A DNA stretch of 64,000 nt from an uncultured Ignavibacteriales bacterium. GTDB taxonomy: Bacteria > Zixibacteria > MSB-5A5 > GN15 > FEB-12. The DNA lies in the NCBI GenBank assembly GCA_964397415.1, contig CAYNIJ010000001.1:389662-453661 (forward strand), written 5' to 3'. Below, piece after piece: positions 46,421-54,624 of the stretch. Position 1 is the first letter of the stretch. Each line of letters starts with the position of its first letter. The notes under the pieces were generated by a model. It saw only the letters and a list, made by a program, of their open reading frames with translations, had not been told where the DNA came from and did no database searches. Both the position numbers and the translations under genes were made by a program.

Positions 46421-47433
46421 CCAGTTCTCAAAAACGAACTCTCTTCATCCTACTTGGGATAGTCATTTCGGTCGGCCTGTTGTGGATGCTTTTCCGAAAC
46501 ATCAACTTCAATGAGTTGGGGCAGGCGCTGGCGCAGGCGAATTACTGGTGGCTTCTGCCCAATATTGCTCTGGTGGTCTTTGCCATGTACCAGCGCGCCT
46601 ACCGCTGGCGTTTCATGTTGGCCCCCATCAAGCAGGTCAAATACCCAAATCTCCTCGCCGCCACAACCATTGGGTTTATGGCCAACAATGTCCTGCCGCT
46701 CCGCCTCGGCGAATTTGTCAGAGCCTATTCGCTCTCCTATCAGGATACCGAGATCACCAAGTCAGCCTCCCTCGCTACGATCTTTGTCGAGCGCATGGTG
46801 TTCGATCTGGTCGCGCTCCTGGTCATCTTTGGCGCGGTCCTACCCTATACCCACTTGGCCATTCCGCAGGAGATGAGACTCGGCCTCGGGATTGCCATCA
46901 TGATCGCCCTGCTTGGTGTCGCTTTCATGCTCCTCATGGCGCACCGCCCCGCGAAAGCAGGGGGGATGCTGACCAGATACCTGTTCTTCGCTCCCGACAG
47001 TGTCAAAGAACGAATTCAGCAGATAGTTCTTCGGTTCGCGCGCGGACTTGAGTTCATCACTGACCCGAAGGCCCTCATCTCCGTCACGGCACAGACTGTC
47101 CTCATTTGGGTTGTCATGGGCCTGTCCAACTATTTCGTTTTTATCGCGTTTGGGTTCGATCTCCCGATTGCCGCGTCATATGTCCTACTGGTCGTGGTTT
47201 CGGTATCGATATTGATTCCGTCATCCCCCGGTTTTGTTGGCGTTTACCACGCCGGCACCGTCTGGACTTTGCTCCAGTATCATGTTAGCAAGGAGCAGGC
47301 GCTCTCTTTCGCTATTGTCCTACATGCCGCCCAGTATATCCCGATAACGGTTATGGGGTTTTATTTCCTGCGGAAAGAGCATCTCTCCCTGAAGAAGCTC
47401 GAGGCCGAGGCCGTTTCCGAAGATTCGCAATGA
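46417..47433 (+). CDS. Flippase-like / lysyl-phosphatidylglycerol-synthase TM-region family membrane protein (UPF0104)
   Basis: Eight predicted TM helices. Family motif GFMANNVLPLRLGEFVRAY...PSSPGFVGVYH. ATGA overlap with the GT4 gene. Confidence 0.75.
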   Translation: MTSSQKRTLFILLGIVISVGLLWMLFRNINFNELGQALAQANYWWLLPNIALVVFAMYQRAYRWRFMLAPIKQVKYPNLLAATTIGFMANNVLPLRLGEFVRAYSLSYQDTEITKSASLATIFVERMVFDLVALLVIFGAVLPYTHLAIPQEMRLGLGIAIMIALLGVAFMLLMAHRPAKAGGMLTRYLFFAPDSVKERIQQIVLRFARGLEFITDPKALISVTAQTVLIWVVMGLSNYFVFIAFGFDLPIAASYVLLVVVSVSILIPSSPGFVGVYHAGTVWTLLQYHVSKEQALSFAIVLHAAQYIPITVMGFYFLRKEHLSLKKLEAEAVSEDSQ

Positions 47434-47514
47434 GCTGGCCGCCGGCATTCCAAGTTCAAACTTGACACTCACTCCCAGTTTCCGGAAACTCAGGCAGTAA
47501 AGAGAATTACTGTC

Positions 47515-48051
47515 ATGAAAAAGCTCGCCCTCGCCTTTGTCCTACTGGTTTTGCTCGTCGGCATAAGCTATGTCTCCACAATGAGGTCGCAGGCAAAGCT
47601 GAAGCAAAAGTATGACCAGGGGTTTGAGACGGGGAGTAAGGAATCTGTAGAGGCTACCAGGCGAGCCGACTCTGTTTCCGGTGCGATGGATGACGCGGTT
47701 CAGCGTTACCGGGATTCGCTGGAAGCGACCCGCTCCTACTACGGCGAGCAATCAGACTCACTCGAAAACCTGCTGGCCCAGAAAGACTCTGAGATCACTA
47801 CTCTGAAACAGAAGGCCAGATCGACCAAGTCCACCAAGACCGCCACAAAGCCTGCGTCGACGCAGGCTAAATTGAATCATACTCAGATACTTGATTACTA
47901 CAAACGACGATTGAATGATCTGCCGAAGGACCTCTCCGACTACGAGCGAAGAGTCGCGCTAAATGAGCTCCGTGACGAAACCGCGAAGAAGTTCGCGATC
48001 ACGTTGGCGGAGTTGGACAAGATCCGGCAGAGTGACAGCGTGAAGCAATAG
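47515..48051 (+). CDS. Membrane-anchored coiled-coil protein of unknown function
   Basis: N-terminal TM/signal anchor MKKLALAFVLLVLLVGISYV, then a heptad-like charged region. No recognisable motif. Confidence 0.6.
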   Translation: MKKLALAFVLLVLLVGISYVSTMRSQAKLKQKYDQGFETGSKESVEATRRADSVSGAMDDAVQRYRDSLEATRSYYGEQSDSLENLLAQKDSEITTLKQKARSTKSTKTATKPASTQAKLNHTQILDYYKRRLNDLPKDLSDYERRVALNELRDETAKKFAITLAELDKIRQSDSVKQ

Positions 48052-48072
48052 CCTAACTCGCGAGGCTTGAAC

Positions 48073-48378
48073 GTGCCAAGCAGGAAGATCCCTGAAGCTC
48101 TGGTTGAGCGGCTGTTCGTCGAATCCAAGGCGAATGAGGACTCAATCTATGCCAACGGCTACTATGTGGCGATGGATGAAAAGCGCCGGGCGGAGCTTAT
48201 CGCGAAATTCACCTGGCATGTGAATCACTCACTCTCGCCGCGTCAGAAACAAGTCCTCAAACTTCATCTCATTGGGTGTACTGAGCGCGAGATCGCCACT
48301 CAACTCGGGGTAACCCAACAGGTCGTGCACATTTATAAGGTGCGGGCATTCAATAAATTACACGAAAAACTGCGTTAG
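48073..48378 (+). CDS. Small HTH protein resembling sigma-70 region 4 / LuxR-type HTH only
   Basis: LSPRQKQVLKLHLIGCTEREIATQLGVTQQVVHIYKVRAFNKLHEKL is a sigma region 4.2-like HTH. A GTG at 48073 lies 7 nt after GAGG (the tracked TTG at 48067 has no spacer). Confidence 0.65.
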   Translation: MPSRKIPEALVERLFVESKANEDSIYANGYYVAMDEKRRAELIAKFTWHVNHSLSPRQKQVLKLHLIGCTEREIATQLGVTQQVVHIYKVRAFNKLHEKLR

Positions 48379-48573
48379 GGTGCTGTATGTCAAAGCGCCC
48401 CCTATTAATAGAGACACTACGTTGCTAAAATAGACTTTGGTGGCCTATAGAGTTTGCAATCCGAAGGAGGTGGTAACAGTCAGTAGACGGCATCCCTTAC
48501 TTTCACTGCAATCTACTGTCCTATTTGGGTAACTACTTCAAGGTAGAGGGGACGAAAGAATAGGGAGTTGCAC

Positions 48574-48747
48574 ATGCCAAAGAGAAAAGAAGCCGAAGTG
48601 TTTGCCAACGTTGGCAAAAAGGATTGCTGGCATTCCTACAGCCTGCAGGTACTTGCCCCTGGCAAGTTCGCGCGGGTAGTGGGAAACATTCTTAAAGGGA
48701 ATTATGTCTTGGTTAACTCGAGAATGGAGGACAGAGCATCCGCCTGA
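48574..48747 (+). CDS. Untracked 57-aa hypothetical ORF (MPKRKEAEVFANVGKKDCWHSYSLQVLAPGKFARVVGNILKGNYVLVNSRMEDRASA)
   Basis: ATG lies 6 nt after GGGAG (48563-48567). Sits in an otherwise empty ~520-nt spacer and is followed by a strong terminator at 48822. No recognisable family. Confidence 0.35.
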   Translation: MPKRKEAEVFANVGKKDCWHSYSLQVLAPGKFARVVGNILKGNYVLVNSRMEDRASA

Positions 48748-48821
48748 TTGAGGAGACCCGAGTGGTTCAGTACCTGAGTTGCCAGTAGCACAGAACTGAC
48801 CTACATGGTCGACAAAGTTAT

Positions 48822-48851
48822 GGGCCGGTCTATTACCGGCCCTTTTGTTTT
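48822..48851 (+). terminator. Rho-independent terminator
   Basis: GGGCCGGT-CTATT-ACCGGCCC followed by TTTTGTTTT. Confidence 0.8.
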
Positions 48852-48898
48852 GCTAACCCATTGGTTTTCACTTGACTATGCTGATTTCGCCGCCTTGA

Positions 48899-49642
48899 TT
48901 GGCGACCGTGAACAGCACGCTGGTACTCTATTCCGGTATTCTCTTCATCGCCGCGTTCCTTTTCGGCGCCCTTACGTTGGTGCGGAAGTGGTCCGATGAG
49001 TGGCTCCACCTTTTCATTTCATTTGGCGCGGGGGTGTTCCTGGGAGCCGTCTTTTTTGAACTGCTTCCCGAAGCGATGGAGGTGGACCACCGGGAGACCG
49101 TCGGCATTGCTATTCTGGCCGGCTACCTTTTGATTTTCTTTGTCGAGAAATTTCTCTTTAGCCGAGTCGGTTCTGGAGAAGTGCACAGCCACAGAGTCAT
49201 CTCAATTGCCGCCTTCATTGGCCTCTCCGTACATTCACTGATCGATGGCCTGGGAATGAGTGTCACCTCAGTCGACCCGCACCTTGGGCAGACTGTTTTC
49301 TATTCGATACTGGCCCATCATCTGCCGGCTGCTTTTTCGGTCGGGTCGCTGCTCTCTCTGGCGAGGATAAAGAAAAGCGCGGTCCTTGGACTGATGGCCC
49401 TTTTTGCCGCGATGCCCCCCATAGGAGCACTTCTATTTGCCCCCCTGGTTGAGAACAGCTCCGAGCAGACCTATTCGATCATAGTTGGATGTATGACCGG
49501 AACGTTTTTGTACGTGGCTACCGGAGACCTGCTACCGGAAGTATTCCACTCCAAATCCAAGCGGTGGCAGAATCTCGCCCTGCTCGTTCTGGGACTACTG
49601 GTGATGGCCCTTATTGGCTTCGGTTTCGAACATGTCCACTAA
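48899..49642 (+). CDS. ZIP-family divalent metal (zinc) transporter
   Basis: TTG start, eight TM helices. ZIP motifs HSLIDGLGM and ILAHHLPAAFSVG; His-containing loop GSGEVHSH. Confidence 0.85.
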   Translation: MATVNSTLVLYSGILFIAAFLFGALTLVRKWSDEWLHLFISFGAGVFLGAVFFELLPEAMEVDHRETVGIAILAGYLLIFFVEKFLFSRVGSGEVHSHRVISIAAFIGLSVHSLIDGLGMSVTSVDPHLGQTVFYSILAHHLPAAFSVGSLLSLARIKKSAVLGLMALFAAMPPIGALLFAPLVENSSEQTYSIIVGCMTGTFLYVATGDLLPEVFHSKSKRWQNLALLVLGLLVMALIGFGFEHVH

Positions 49643-49704
49643 TCCAGGGCGAACCATACACTGAAGACCGGGTATAATCTCCAAACCAGACGGAGCTAAC
49701 TATC

Positions 49705-50223
49705 TTGAAATCGACTTTTCGCCAAGCCATTATCCTGCTGCTCATTTCAGTAGCGGTCAGTATCGGAGTGAACGCGATCTCGCCGAACGGGGTCGACCTT
49801 ATCGGCAAGTACAGGGATCTCTCGAACTCCGAAGGTCCCATCGTCCCGCCGACCGCCGAACCAAACGACCCGCCCTTCATTGACATCAATGTAGCGCAAA
49901 TGGAACATGCCGCCGGACAAGCGCTGTTTGTCGATGCCCGCAATCCCGAAGAGTTCGAATGCGGCACCATTCCCGGGTCCATCAACCTACCGTTTGAGAT
50001 GATCCCGGAAGGAGATGTCGGCCAGTACTTCGATTCCGTGCTGGCCGTCCCCAAGGACAAAATGCTGATCGTCTTCTGCTCCGGGGAAGAGTGTGATCTG
50101 TCGCTTCACCTCGGCAGGAATTTCCAGATGCAGGGATACACCAATATCGCGATCTTTTTCGGCGGAGCGAGGGAGTGGCAGAAGTTTGGTCTCGATGTCG
50201 AGCGGAGGAAGCAATGCGAATAG
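49705..50223 (+). CDS. Membrane-anchored rhodanese-like domain protein
   Basis: TTG start 9 nt after GGAG, N-terminal TM helix. Rhodanese fold pattern (LFVDARNPEEFECGTIPGSINLP...IVFCSGEECDLS). Confidence 0.8.
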   Translation: MKSTFRQAIILLLISVAVSIGVNAISPNGVDLIGKYRDLSNSEGPIVPPTAEPNDPPFIDINVAQMEHAAGQALFVDARNPEEFECGTIPGSINLPFEMIPEGDVGQYFDSVLAVPKDKMLIVFCSGEECDLSLHLGRNFQMQGYTNIAIFFGGAREWQKFGLDVERRKQCE

Positions 50224-50657
50224 TGCACAACGACTATCTGACCATGCTTTCTCGTCTGGTCATCGGCATCATACTGATCTACGCGTCATACTATAAGATC
50301 ATCGAACCGGCGTCATTTGCCAAATCTATCTGGTTTTACCATCTGGTACCGGGCTACCTGATAAACCTTATGGCGATCATCCTCCCGTGGCTTGAACTGC
50401 TCTGCGGCCTTGCGTTGATTCTGGGTATCTTCTATGAAGGGGCCAAAGTCTGGTCGGCGATCATGATGGTGGTCTTCATAATCGCTCTGGCCTCAACCAT
50501 CGTTCGCGGGATTGATATTGACTGCGGATGCTTTAAGGCGTCTCAAGGGGCGACCGGTTCGGCCTGGAAGTCCCTGATTTTTGACCTGGTCGCGATGCTA
50601 TTCATCATTCAGATGATGATCAGCAAGTCAAAACGCTGGCAAGTCTGTCGCGACTAG
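50214..50657 (+). CDS. DoxX/MauE-family integral membrane protein
   Basis: Start taken at MRIVHND (overlaps the rhodanese stop). Four TM helices (LSRLVIGIILIYASYYKI, LPWLELLCGLALILG) and a GIDIDCGCF motif typical of MauE-like proteins. Confidence 0.8.
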   Translation: MRIVHNDYLTMLSRLVIGIILIYASYYKIIEPASFAKSIWFYHLVPGYLINLMAIILPWLELLCGLALILGIFYEGAKVWSAIMMVVFIIALASTIVRGIDIDCGCFKASQGATGSAWKSLIFDLVAMLFIIQMMISKSKRWQVCRD

Positions 50658-50658
50658 T

Positions 50659-51951
50659 TCACTTGAGCAGTCTGGGCGTGATCAAAATGATCAGATCCGT
50701 TGTCGACTTCTCGTGAGACTTGTTCGTGAATAGCGCTTTGCCCAACAGCGGGATATGTCCCAGGAAGGGGACCCGCTGTGTTGACTCGATCACATCCTCT
50801 TTTAGTAATCCACCCAGAGCCGCCGTTTCCCCATCTTTGACCGTAATCCGGGTCTTGATGGACCGGGTCGCGGTGATCGGCTTCTGATTTCCTGAAGGAC
50901 CGCTGTAGCCGATGATATCTTCCACGATCGGTTCAACGTCGAGGGTAATATTCCCATCCCCATTGATCCGCGGCGTGACTTTAAGTGAGATACCGACTTC
51001 AAAATCCTGAAACGTCACGATATCCTGCGTCGCCGCCGCTTCGGTGAATCGGTTGATCGTCTGGATCGGGATCACCGTCGCGATCTTGATCTCTGCTTCG
51101 TGATTCTCGACCGTTGTAATGCGGGGATCGGACAGCAATTTGCTGTTGCCGTTTTGGTCCAGCATATCAAGCACAGCCGAAAGCTGGTTCACCGACAACG
51201 TCCCCCAACTCCATTGACCATCTTCGAGACTCATTGAGCCGAGTGCGCTGGTCGAAGTAGTGGCATCATCAGTGCCGCTCGATGTACCATCGCTTGCCCC
51301 CGCGATCTTTGCCGACATCGAAGTCGGCCACGAGAACCCCAGCCGTGTCTCATCACTGAGCTTGGTTTCAACTATACGGGCTTCTATTTGCACAATACGC
51401 TCTGGGATGTCTATTTCGGCGACCAGTGCCGCCAGATCTTCGATAACCGACGGATAATCCGTGATCAATATCCGATTGGGACGATAGGTCGAACCGCTGC
51501 TCGACGAGGAGCCGGAAGCATCGGTTAACACTTTGTCCAGAACAATGACCTGCCCCTTGGAAGACTTGCGCGAATCGAGCGCGGCCTTGACCGTCACCGG
51601 ATCGACATAATTGAGTCGAATGACCCGCGAGGCGAGTATGTCCGCTGATGCCTTTTCGGCCGAGGTCACTACCACGACATTATCCCGCACGACATAGGCA
51701 AAACCATTCGACGTCAGAATGGCATCAAGGGCGGTCTTGAGGTCAACATCCTCAAGCTGCAGCGATATCTCGCCGTCAATATCATCGCTCATGACCAGGT
51801 TGAACTTGTTTTGCGCCGCGATCATACTGAGTACTTTCGACAATGGTACAGATTCCAGCGACAGCGTGAGTCGCTGACCTGAATCAAGCGGGGCGGCTAT
51901 CGACAAACAACCTGCCGCCAGGACCAATGCAAGGATCACGATCGTCTTCAT
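50659..51951 (-). CDS. pilQ: Secretin (PilQ/GspD family), compact form
   Basis: Signal peptide, secretin N-domains, C-terminal secretin core GETAALGGLLKEDVIESTQRVPFLGHIPLLGKALF...DLIILITPRLL. Confidence 0.88.
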   Translation of the reverse strand: MKTIVILALVLAAGCLSIAAPLDSGQRLTLSLESVPLSKVLSMIAAQNKFNLVMSDDIDGEISLQLEDVDLKTALDAILTSNGFAYVVRDNVVVVTSAEKASADILASRVIRLNYVDPVTVKAALDSRKSSKGQVIVLDKVLTDASGSSSSSGSTYRPNRILITDYPSVIEDLAALVAEIDIPERIVQIEARIVETKLSDETRLGFSWPTSMSAKIAGASDGTSSGTDDATTSTSALGSMSLEDGQWSWGTLSVNQLSAVLDMLDQNGNSKLLSDPRITTVENHEAEIKIATVIPIQTINRFTEAAATQDIVTFQDFEVGISLKVTPRINGDGNITLDVEPIVEDIIGYSGPSGNQKPITATRSIKTRITVKDGETAALGGLLKEDVIESTQRVPFLGHIPLLGKALFTNKSHEKSTTDLIILITPRLLK

Positions 51952-51955
51952 ATGC

Positions 51956-52435
51956 TTAACCTTTGTTTACCTTCAGTGCGAATTGACTGCCGTTCAACGA
52001 CAGCGTCACTTTCTGCTTTTCTATACTGACTACTCGGGCCTGATCGATCAGATCTCCGACTTTGACCATCTTTCCGTTGATGAACGCAAACGGCATCGTC
52101 CCATTGTCAATGATGCCCGTCAGCGACCACCCTTTGTTGGATCTTGTGCCGGCCTCACTGGTTCGTGAAGCAGAGCCATTCGATTCGCGCGGGGAAGAGG
52201 CCTTTGCAAGCTTTCCGGTGAAGGGATCACGCCCCCACGGCTCGCTCCGTATAGCCGCCACGTCGATACTTGGCTGAGCCTCGGCCGTCGCTTCCTGTAC
52301 CGCAACCTCCTGCGTGACCGCTGAGTTCTCAACCGGCCGTGATGCGCGCCGCGGCTGTGAAAGATTCCACGCCCCCCAGATCACCGCCACGACCAGAATG
52401 CCGTACATCATCTTCTTACGTTTGGCTTCGGTCAT
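51956..52435 (-). CDS. PilP/GspC-like inner-membrane-anchored periplasmic protein
   Basis: N-terminal TM helix, Pro/Ser-rich linker, C-terminal beta domain WSLTGIIDNGTMPFAFINGKMVKVGDLIDQARVVSIEKQKVTL. Position between the pilO-like and secretin genes. Confidence 0.55.
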   Translation of the reverse strand: MTEAKRKKMMYGILVVAVIWGAWNLSQPRRASRPVENSAVTQEVAVQEATAEAQPSIDVAAIRSEPWGRDPFTGKLAKASSPRESNGSASRTSEAGTRSNKGWSLTGIIDNGTMPFAFINGKMVKVGDLIDQARVVSIEKQKVTLSLNGSQFALKVNKG

Positions 52436-52998
52436 GACACTCCCTCCATTGTCACGCCAAGTAGCGCCTTGAATCCAAGTGAATAGGTCACCTGGTCGCT
52501 CCCATCCTGAAGACGGGTGATAATACAGCTCTGGGTTGTTCTGAAATAAGGCGCATTTTCCAGCGCCTCCACGAATCGTCCGAAATCTATGTAGTTACCC
52601 TTGAGCACGATATTCAAACTGAGCATCTGCGGTTCCCCCTCGCTCGCAACGGAGCGATTGAGCTGAAGCAGCTCCTCCACCGGTGGCGTTATCTCAACCG
52701 TGCGCAGGGAAAACGTGCCCGCTTTTCGCTCCAGCTCATCGAAAAGCTCAACTAGATCTTCTTTCGCGTACAGGCTCGAGTTGACAATCTGCAGTTTCTT
52801 GCGCAGTTCGGAGTGGGCCGCAATAAAAACCGGCACTTGGGCCAGAGTCGATTCATATTCACGAAGCTGTGCCACGGAAGACTTCAATTCGGCTTGCGCT
52901 TTCGCCTGTTTTGCCGAAGCCGGCAGGTACAAAAATACAAGCCACCCGGCGACCAGGAGAACCGCTACCCCGAGCAGAATGGAAGTTTTACGCGTCAC
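52432..52998 (-). CDS. pilO: PilO/GspM-like pilus assembly protein
   Basis: Single N-terminal TM helix, coiled coil, then a ferredoxin-like C-terminal region. 4-nt overlaps with both neighbours. Confidence 0.7.
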   Translation of the reverse strand: MTRKTSILLGVAVLLVAGWLVFLYLPASAKQAKAQAELKSSVAQLREYESTLAQVPVFIAAHSELRKKLQIVNSSLYAKEDLVELFDELERKAGTFSLRTVEITPPVEELLQLNRSVASEGEPQMLSLNIVLKGNYIDFGRFVEALENAPYFRTTQSCIITRLQDGSDQVTYSLGFKALLGVTMEGVS

Positions 52999-54611
52999 TT
53001 TACACCCCGCATCGCCACGCTGAAATTCAGAATCGCGCGGCCATTTTCCATTCGTTTGGTGTAGCGAAGGACAGTGACCGAGTCAAACAGCGGTGACCGT
53101 TGAAGTGTCTCAACAAACTCGGCCAGCGTGACCTCGGGAGGCAACGATGACTGGACGACTATCCCATCCATCGTCAGGTTCTGCGTAGGCTCAGCGGCCT
53201 GGAAATTGAAATTGCTCAACTGCATTGAACTGGGGACCGCGTTTGAGAGCTCCTTGAGGAGCAGACTGAAATAGGATGGCGCGGCCTTGATCTTCTCCAG
53301 ATACACGTTCCCCGCGGCGATCTCGCGCTTGAGATCATTGTAGGTGGCAAAGAGAGAAGATTGCTGAAATCCTGCTATCTCCTGGTTGATCTGCTTCAGG
53401 CGTGATGCAGAAGCGGAGGCCTGCATCGTAACTGTCGCCCAGAGGATGAGCAGAATTGCCGCCAAGCCAGCCACTCCGAGGAAGGCGTAGCGTTCGATCT
53501 GTCGAGAACGAGCCTGCGACAAGAGCTCAGATGGGATCAGGTTAGCCAGTTCGACTGAACAACAGGCCGATGCCACGACCGGCAAACAGGCCGCCAGATC
53601 CTCCAGCCGCCCTCGGTCACCAGCAACCGGCACGGAGAGCGTCTCGGTCGGGAATCGCCGGAATTCGTAGCCGAACCGATTGTGGAGCATCTCGAGCAAT
53701 TCATCCGTATAGGCCAGATCACCGTGGATATATATCCGCGTTGTGAAGAGCCCGGAGTATTGCCCGGTATAGAAGTCTAGTGAGTTCTGGATCTCGCCCG
53801 CCAGTGATTCCGCGAAATACTCGTACACTGTCGGGTCCGAGCGTCGCGCCAGGAAGGATGAACCGATCGAGCAGTTATGATAAAACTCAAGATTACTACC
53901 GTGGTAATAGGATATCTCAGTACGCGTCTTCTCTATATTTATCAGCGTGTAGTGCTGGTCATCCGCGAAGTTCGGAAGGTACCGCAGCAATTGGCCTATA
54001 ACGTCGTGCGTATGGTAAATATGTTCGACGTTGTAGCCCAAATGCCGGAATGGCGCCAGCCGATCCTCGATCGCCCGATTAGTGGCCGCGTGCAACGCCA
54101 CTTTCAGTGAAGTTCTGGATCCACTCTGTATTCGGCTGACCGGCCGGAAATCGAAGTAACACTCATTCGGCGGAAAGGGAACCTGCCGTTTGGCTTCATA
54201 TTGCACCGCGGATGCGAGAGCGCGTGGAGCCAGTTCAGGTATGTTAAAGACGCGAAACGCGGTCTCCGGTCCCGAGACAGTAAGCGCTATCTCCGCGCGA
54301 CGTCCCCCATGCTCACTCACATATTGAGACAGTGAGTCTGAAATAAACGCCACGCGAGAGGATTCAGATTCATCCTTGGAGGAAAAGTACAGCTTGCGGG
54401 CATCCAGGAGTTTGACCGTCTTGCCGCGCTGTATACTGCAGCCCAACTGAATGCCGGTTTGATCGATATGAACGCTGATCTTGCGTTTCAAGCCAAAGCT
54501 CGGCTTTGGCGGGATAGCGGTCTCGACATAGGCAGATTTCCGCTGCTGGTCTCCCGGGGGAGGCGCGGAGGAACCCGAAGTCTTCTTCTTGAGTAGGTCG
54601 AGGCCGATCAT
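52995..54611 (-). CDS. pilM: Fused PilM-PilN (GspL-like architecture) assembly protein
   Basis: The N-terminal ~370 aa are actin-like and PilM-like, then a TM helix (AFLGVAGLAAILLILWATVTM), then a PilN-like periplasmic domain, all in one 538-aa ORF. Confidence 0.8.
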   Translation of the reverse strand: MIGLDLLKKKTSGSSAPPPGDQQRKSAYVETAIPPKPSFGLKRKISVHIDQTGIQLGCSIQRGKTVKLLDARKLYFSSKDESESSRVAFISDSLSQYVSEHGGRRAEIALTVSGPETAFRVFNIPELAPRALASAVQYEAKRQVPFPPNECYFDFRPVSRIQSGSRTSLKVALHAATNRAIEDRLAPFRHLGYNVEHIYHTHDVIGQLLRYLPNFADDQHYTLINIEKTRTEISYYHGSNLEFYHNCSIGSSFLARRSDPTVYEYFAESLAGEIQNSLDFYTGQYSGLFTTRIYIHGDLAYTDELLEMLHNRFGYEFRRFPTETLSVPVAGDRGRLEDLAACLPVVASACCSVELANLIPSELLSQARSRQIERYAFLGVAGLAAILLILWATVTMQASASASRLKQINQEIAGFQQSSLFATYNDLKREIAAGNVYLEKIKAAPSYFSLLLKELSNAVPSSMQLSNFNFQAAEPTQNLTMDGIVVQSSLPPEVTLAEFVETLQRSPLFDSVTVLRYTKRMENGRAILNFSVAMRGVK

Positions 54612-54624
54612 AGTGCTAAACTCA

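Noticed and set aside
48805-48999. 64-aa plus-strand ORF overlapping the terminator at 48822 and the ZIP gene start
   Set aside because: It runs through a strong terminator hairpin and overlaps the ZIP transporter gene in another frame. It has no RBS.
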